In this document: piece after piece, positions 55,493 through 56,716 of the stretch | How positions within the stretch are numbered: position 1 is the first letter of the stretch | Layout: each line of letters begins with the position of its first letter | IMG/VR virus record: IMGVR_UViG_3300010403_000026 | Span: 1 to 56,716 of that record | Source of the DNA: a virus | Lineage: Duplodnaviria; Caudoviricetes | Strand: one strand, 5' to 3' | DNA: 56,716 nucleotides | Notes under the pieces: model-generated | Told to the model about the DNA's origin: nothing | The model's database searches: none | The model's input: the letters and a program-made list of their open reading frames with translations, nothing else | Position numbers and translations under genes: made by a program

Positions 55493-56184
55493 TATTGGCC
55501 TCCGTATGATTGCAAAGTTTTCAGGGCATCGGCGACGGACGTGGGGAGGGGAAGGATGTCGGCCTTCCCGTTCCGCTCAATTACCCAGCATGGAACTCCG
55601 GTCATCTTCGCTTTGGCGGCTTCCCACAAAGCCTTCATGTTCGGCAGTTCGTTGGCGGTGTTGACGTTCTGGTCGTACCTGCGCCAATCGGGATGCCCGC
55701 TCTCTCTCGTGCAGTGCGAGTTCAGGTAGTCCGCTACCTGCTTGCCGTAGATGACGCTGTTCTGCACGGCCGTAAGCGTGCTGGCGGACTCGAAGGAAAA
55801 GATCACGCGAAAGGACGTTACGGGCTGGGGAGGGACTGGAGGGGCCGGGCCGGGATCAGGCGGAGGTCCGGGAGGCGGGCGTGGTCCAGTGACGGTCAGG
55901 ATCACTTCCGTCGAGAGTACATCGTCCCCGCTCGGCACCTGAGCGATGAACTTGTAGACCCCTTCGGTCGCCCACACGGCCAGCCTTTTGCCGTCGATAG
56001 CAAGCGTATCTGGTCCCAGCGGGGCGCGCCACGTCACCTTCTTGGCCGTCGTCTCGATGGTCAGAATGCACTTCTTCCCCACCTCGACGGTAATGGGTTT
56101 CCCTTGGGAAATTGTGACAGCCTTTGGCGCAGGATCGGCCCCGAAGATCGGTGTCACGAACAGGAACAACAGGCATATTCGCAT
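55492..56184 (-). CDS. Secreted protein with Pro-rich linker
   Basis: Signal peptide MRICLLFLFVTPIFGA; PPPGPPPDPGPAPP. Confidence 0.7.
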   Translation of the reverse strand: MRICLLFLFVTPIFGADPAPKAVTISQGKPITVEVGKKCILTIETTAKKVTWRAPLGPDTLAIDGKRLAVWATEGVYKFIAQVPSGDDVLSTEVILTVTGPRPPPGPPPDPGPAPPVPPQPVTSFRVIFSFESASTLTAVQNSVIYGKQVADYLNSHCTRESGHPDWRRYDQNVNTANELPNMKALWEAAKAKMTGVPCWVIERNGKADILPLPTSVADALKTLQSYGGQ

Positions 56185-56186
56185 CG

Positions 56187-56393
56187 TCAACCCCCAGCCA
56201 TTGGAATGACTTTTACTTCGAGCACGCACTTCATGTTCACGTAAAGCTCAGGCTTCTCTTTGCACGTCATGTCCGGCAACGTCGCCCCCGTGGTCAGGTT
56301 TCGGAACCGCACCGTCCACAACGGGTCGCCGGGGAGTTGCTCCACCATGATGACCTGAACGATGTCCGCGACTGATAGGATCACGGTTTTCAT
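56187..56393 (-). CDS. Hypothetical protein
   Basis: 68 aa, ATGA coupling. Confidence 0.55.
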   Translation of the reverse strand: MKTVILSVADIVQVIMVEQLPGDPLWTVRFRNLTTGATLPDMTCKEKPELYVNMKCVLEVKVIPMAGG

Positions 56394-56521
56394 TTCCCGC
56401 TCAGTTTCGACCTGACGTACTCGCTGATCGTCTGACCCGCCATCCGTGCGGAGCGTGCAATGCGGCGCTTCTCGGCTTTCGTCATTCTGATTTGAACACG
56501 CTCGGATAGGCGTTCTGTCAT
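56390..56521 (-). CDS. Ribbon-helix-helix regulator (43 aa)
   Basis: RVQIRMT.AEK..I...A...G.TISEYVR. Confidence 0.75.
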   Translation of the reverse strand: MTERLSERVQIRMTKAEKRRIARSARMAGQTISEYVRSKLSGK

Positions 56522-56527
56522 GAAGGA

Positions 56528-56556
56528 AGGATAACTGATTTGTCTGACAAATTCAA
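56528..56556 (-). promoter_or_regulatory. Promoter with palindromic operator
   Basis: TTGAAT-17 nt-TATCCT then 6 nt to ATG; ATTTGTC-T-GACAAAT at 56538-56552. Confidence 0.75.
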
Positions 56557-56716
56557 TTCCCGTATTTGCGCACCAATCCCCCTCGGCACTCCCTTCTCTC
56601 CCTCCCTCTGTGCTGCACGCCTTCGAGTTCTTGTCTGGGTGCTGTGTTGGGGTTATCCCGTCACCGCGCCTCACCCGGCCCGGAAAATGGTTCCGGTCCA
56701 GCCGTACAAATCAGCA

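Overview
The window is most of a GC-rich tailed-phage genome with a podovirus-like virion module. The host is probably a planctomycete: there are two TIGR02996-type proteins and a Planctomycete export-motif peptide. Late genes run leftward from ~33,970 to the left edge (regulators, scaffold, major capsid, terminase, portal, glycosyl- and methyltransferases, tail and ejection proteins), and a second minus-strand block occupies 53,625-56,521 (secreted proteins, papain-like protease). Early genes run rightward from ~34,300 to 53,544 (XRE, Gp157, ParB-like, SF2 helicase, DUF3310, ThyX, RusA). No integrase, DNA polymerase or CRISPR array is visible. The main unexplained structure is a recurring 'insert-and-repair' arrangement. 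AT-rich HNH endonuclease cassettes sit at the ends of late genes and carry a synonymously recoded replacement of the gene end they displaced, while the original end remains on the other side as a stub. This is clear at 5.5-6.3 kb and 21.1-21.9 kb, present as a decayed remnant at 18.1-18.2 kb, a shorter C-terminal case at 13.9-14.5 kb, and weak at 8.8-9.5 kb. A nuclease-free version (YLFVGGPK stub array) lies at 32.7-33.3 kb. All product calls come from motif recognition by eye; no database searches were run.
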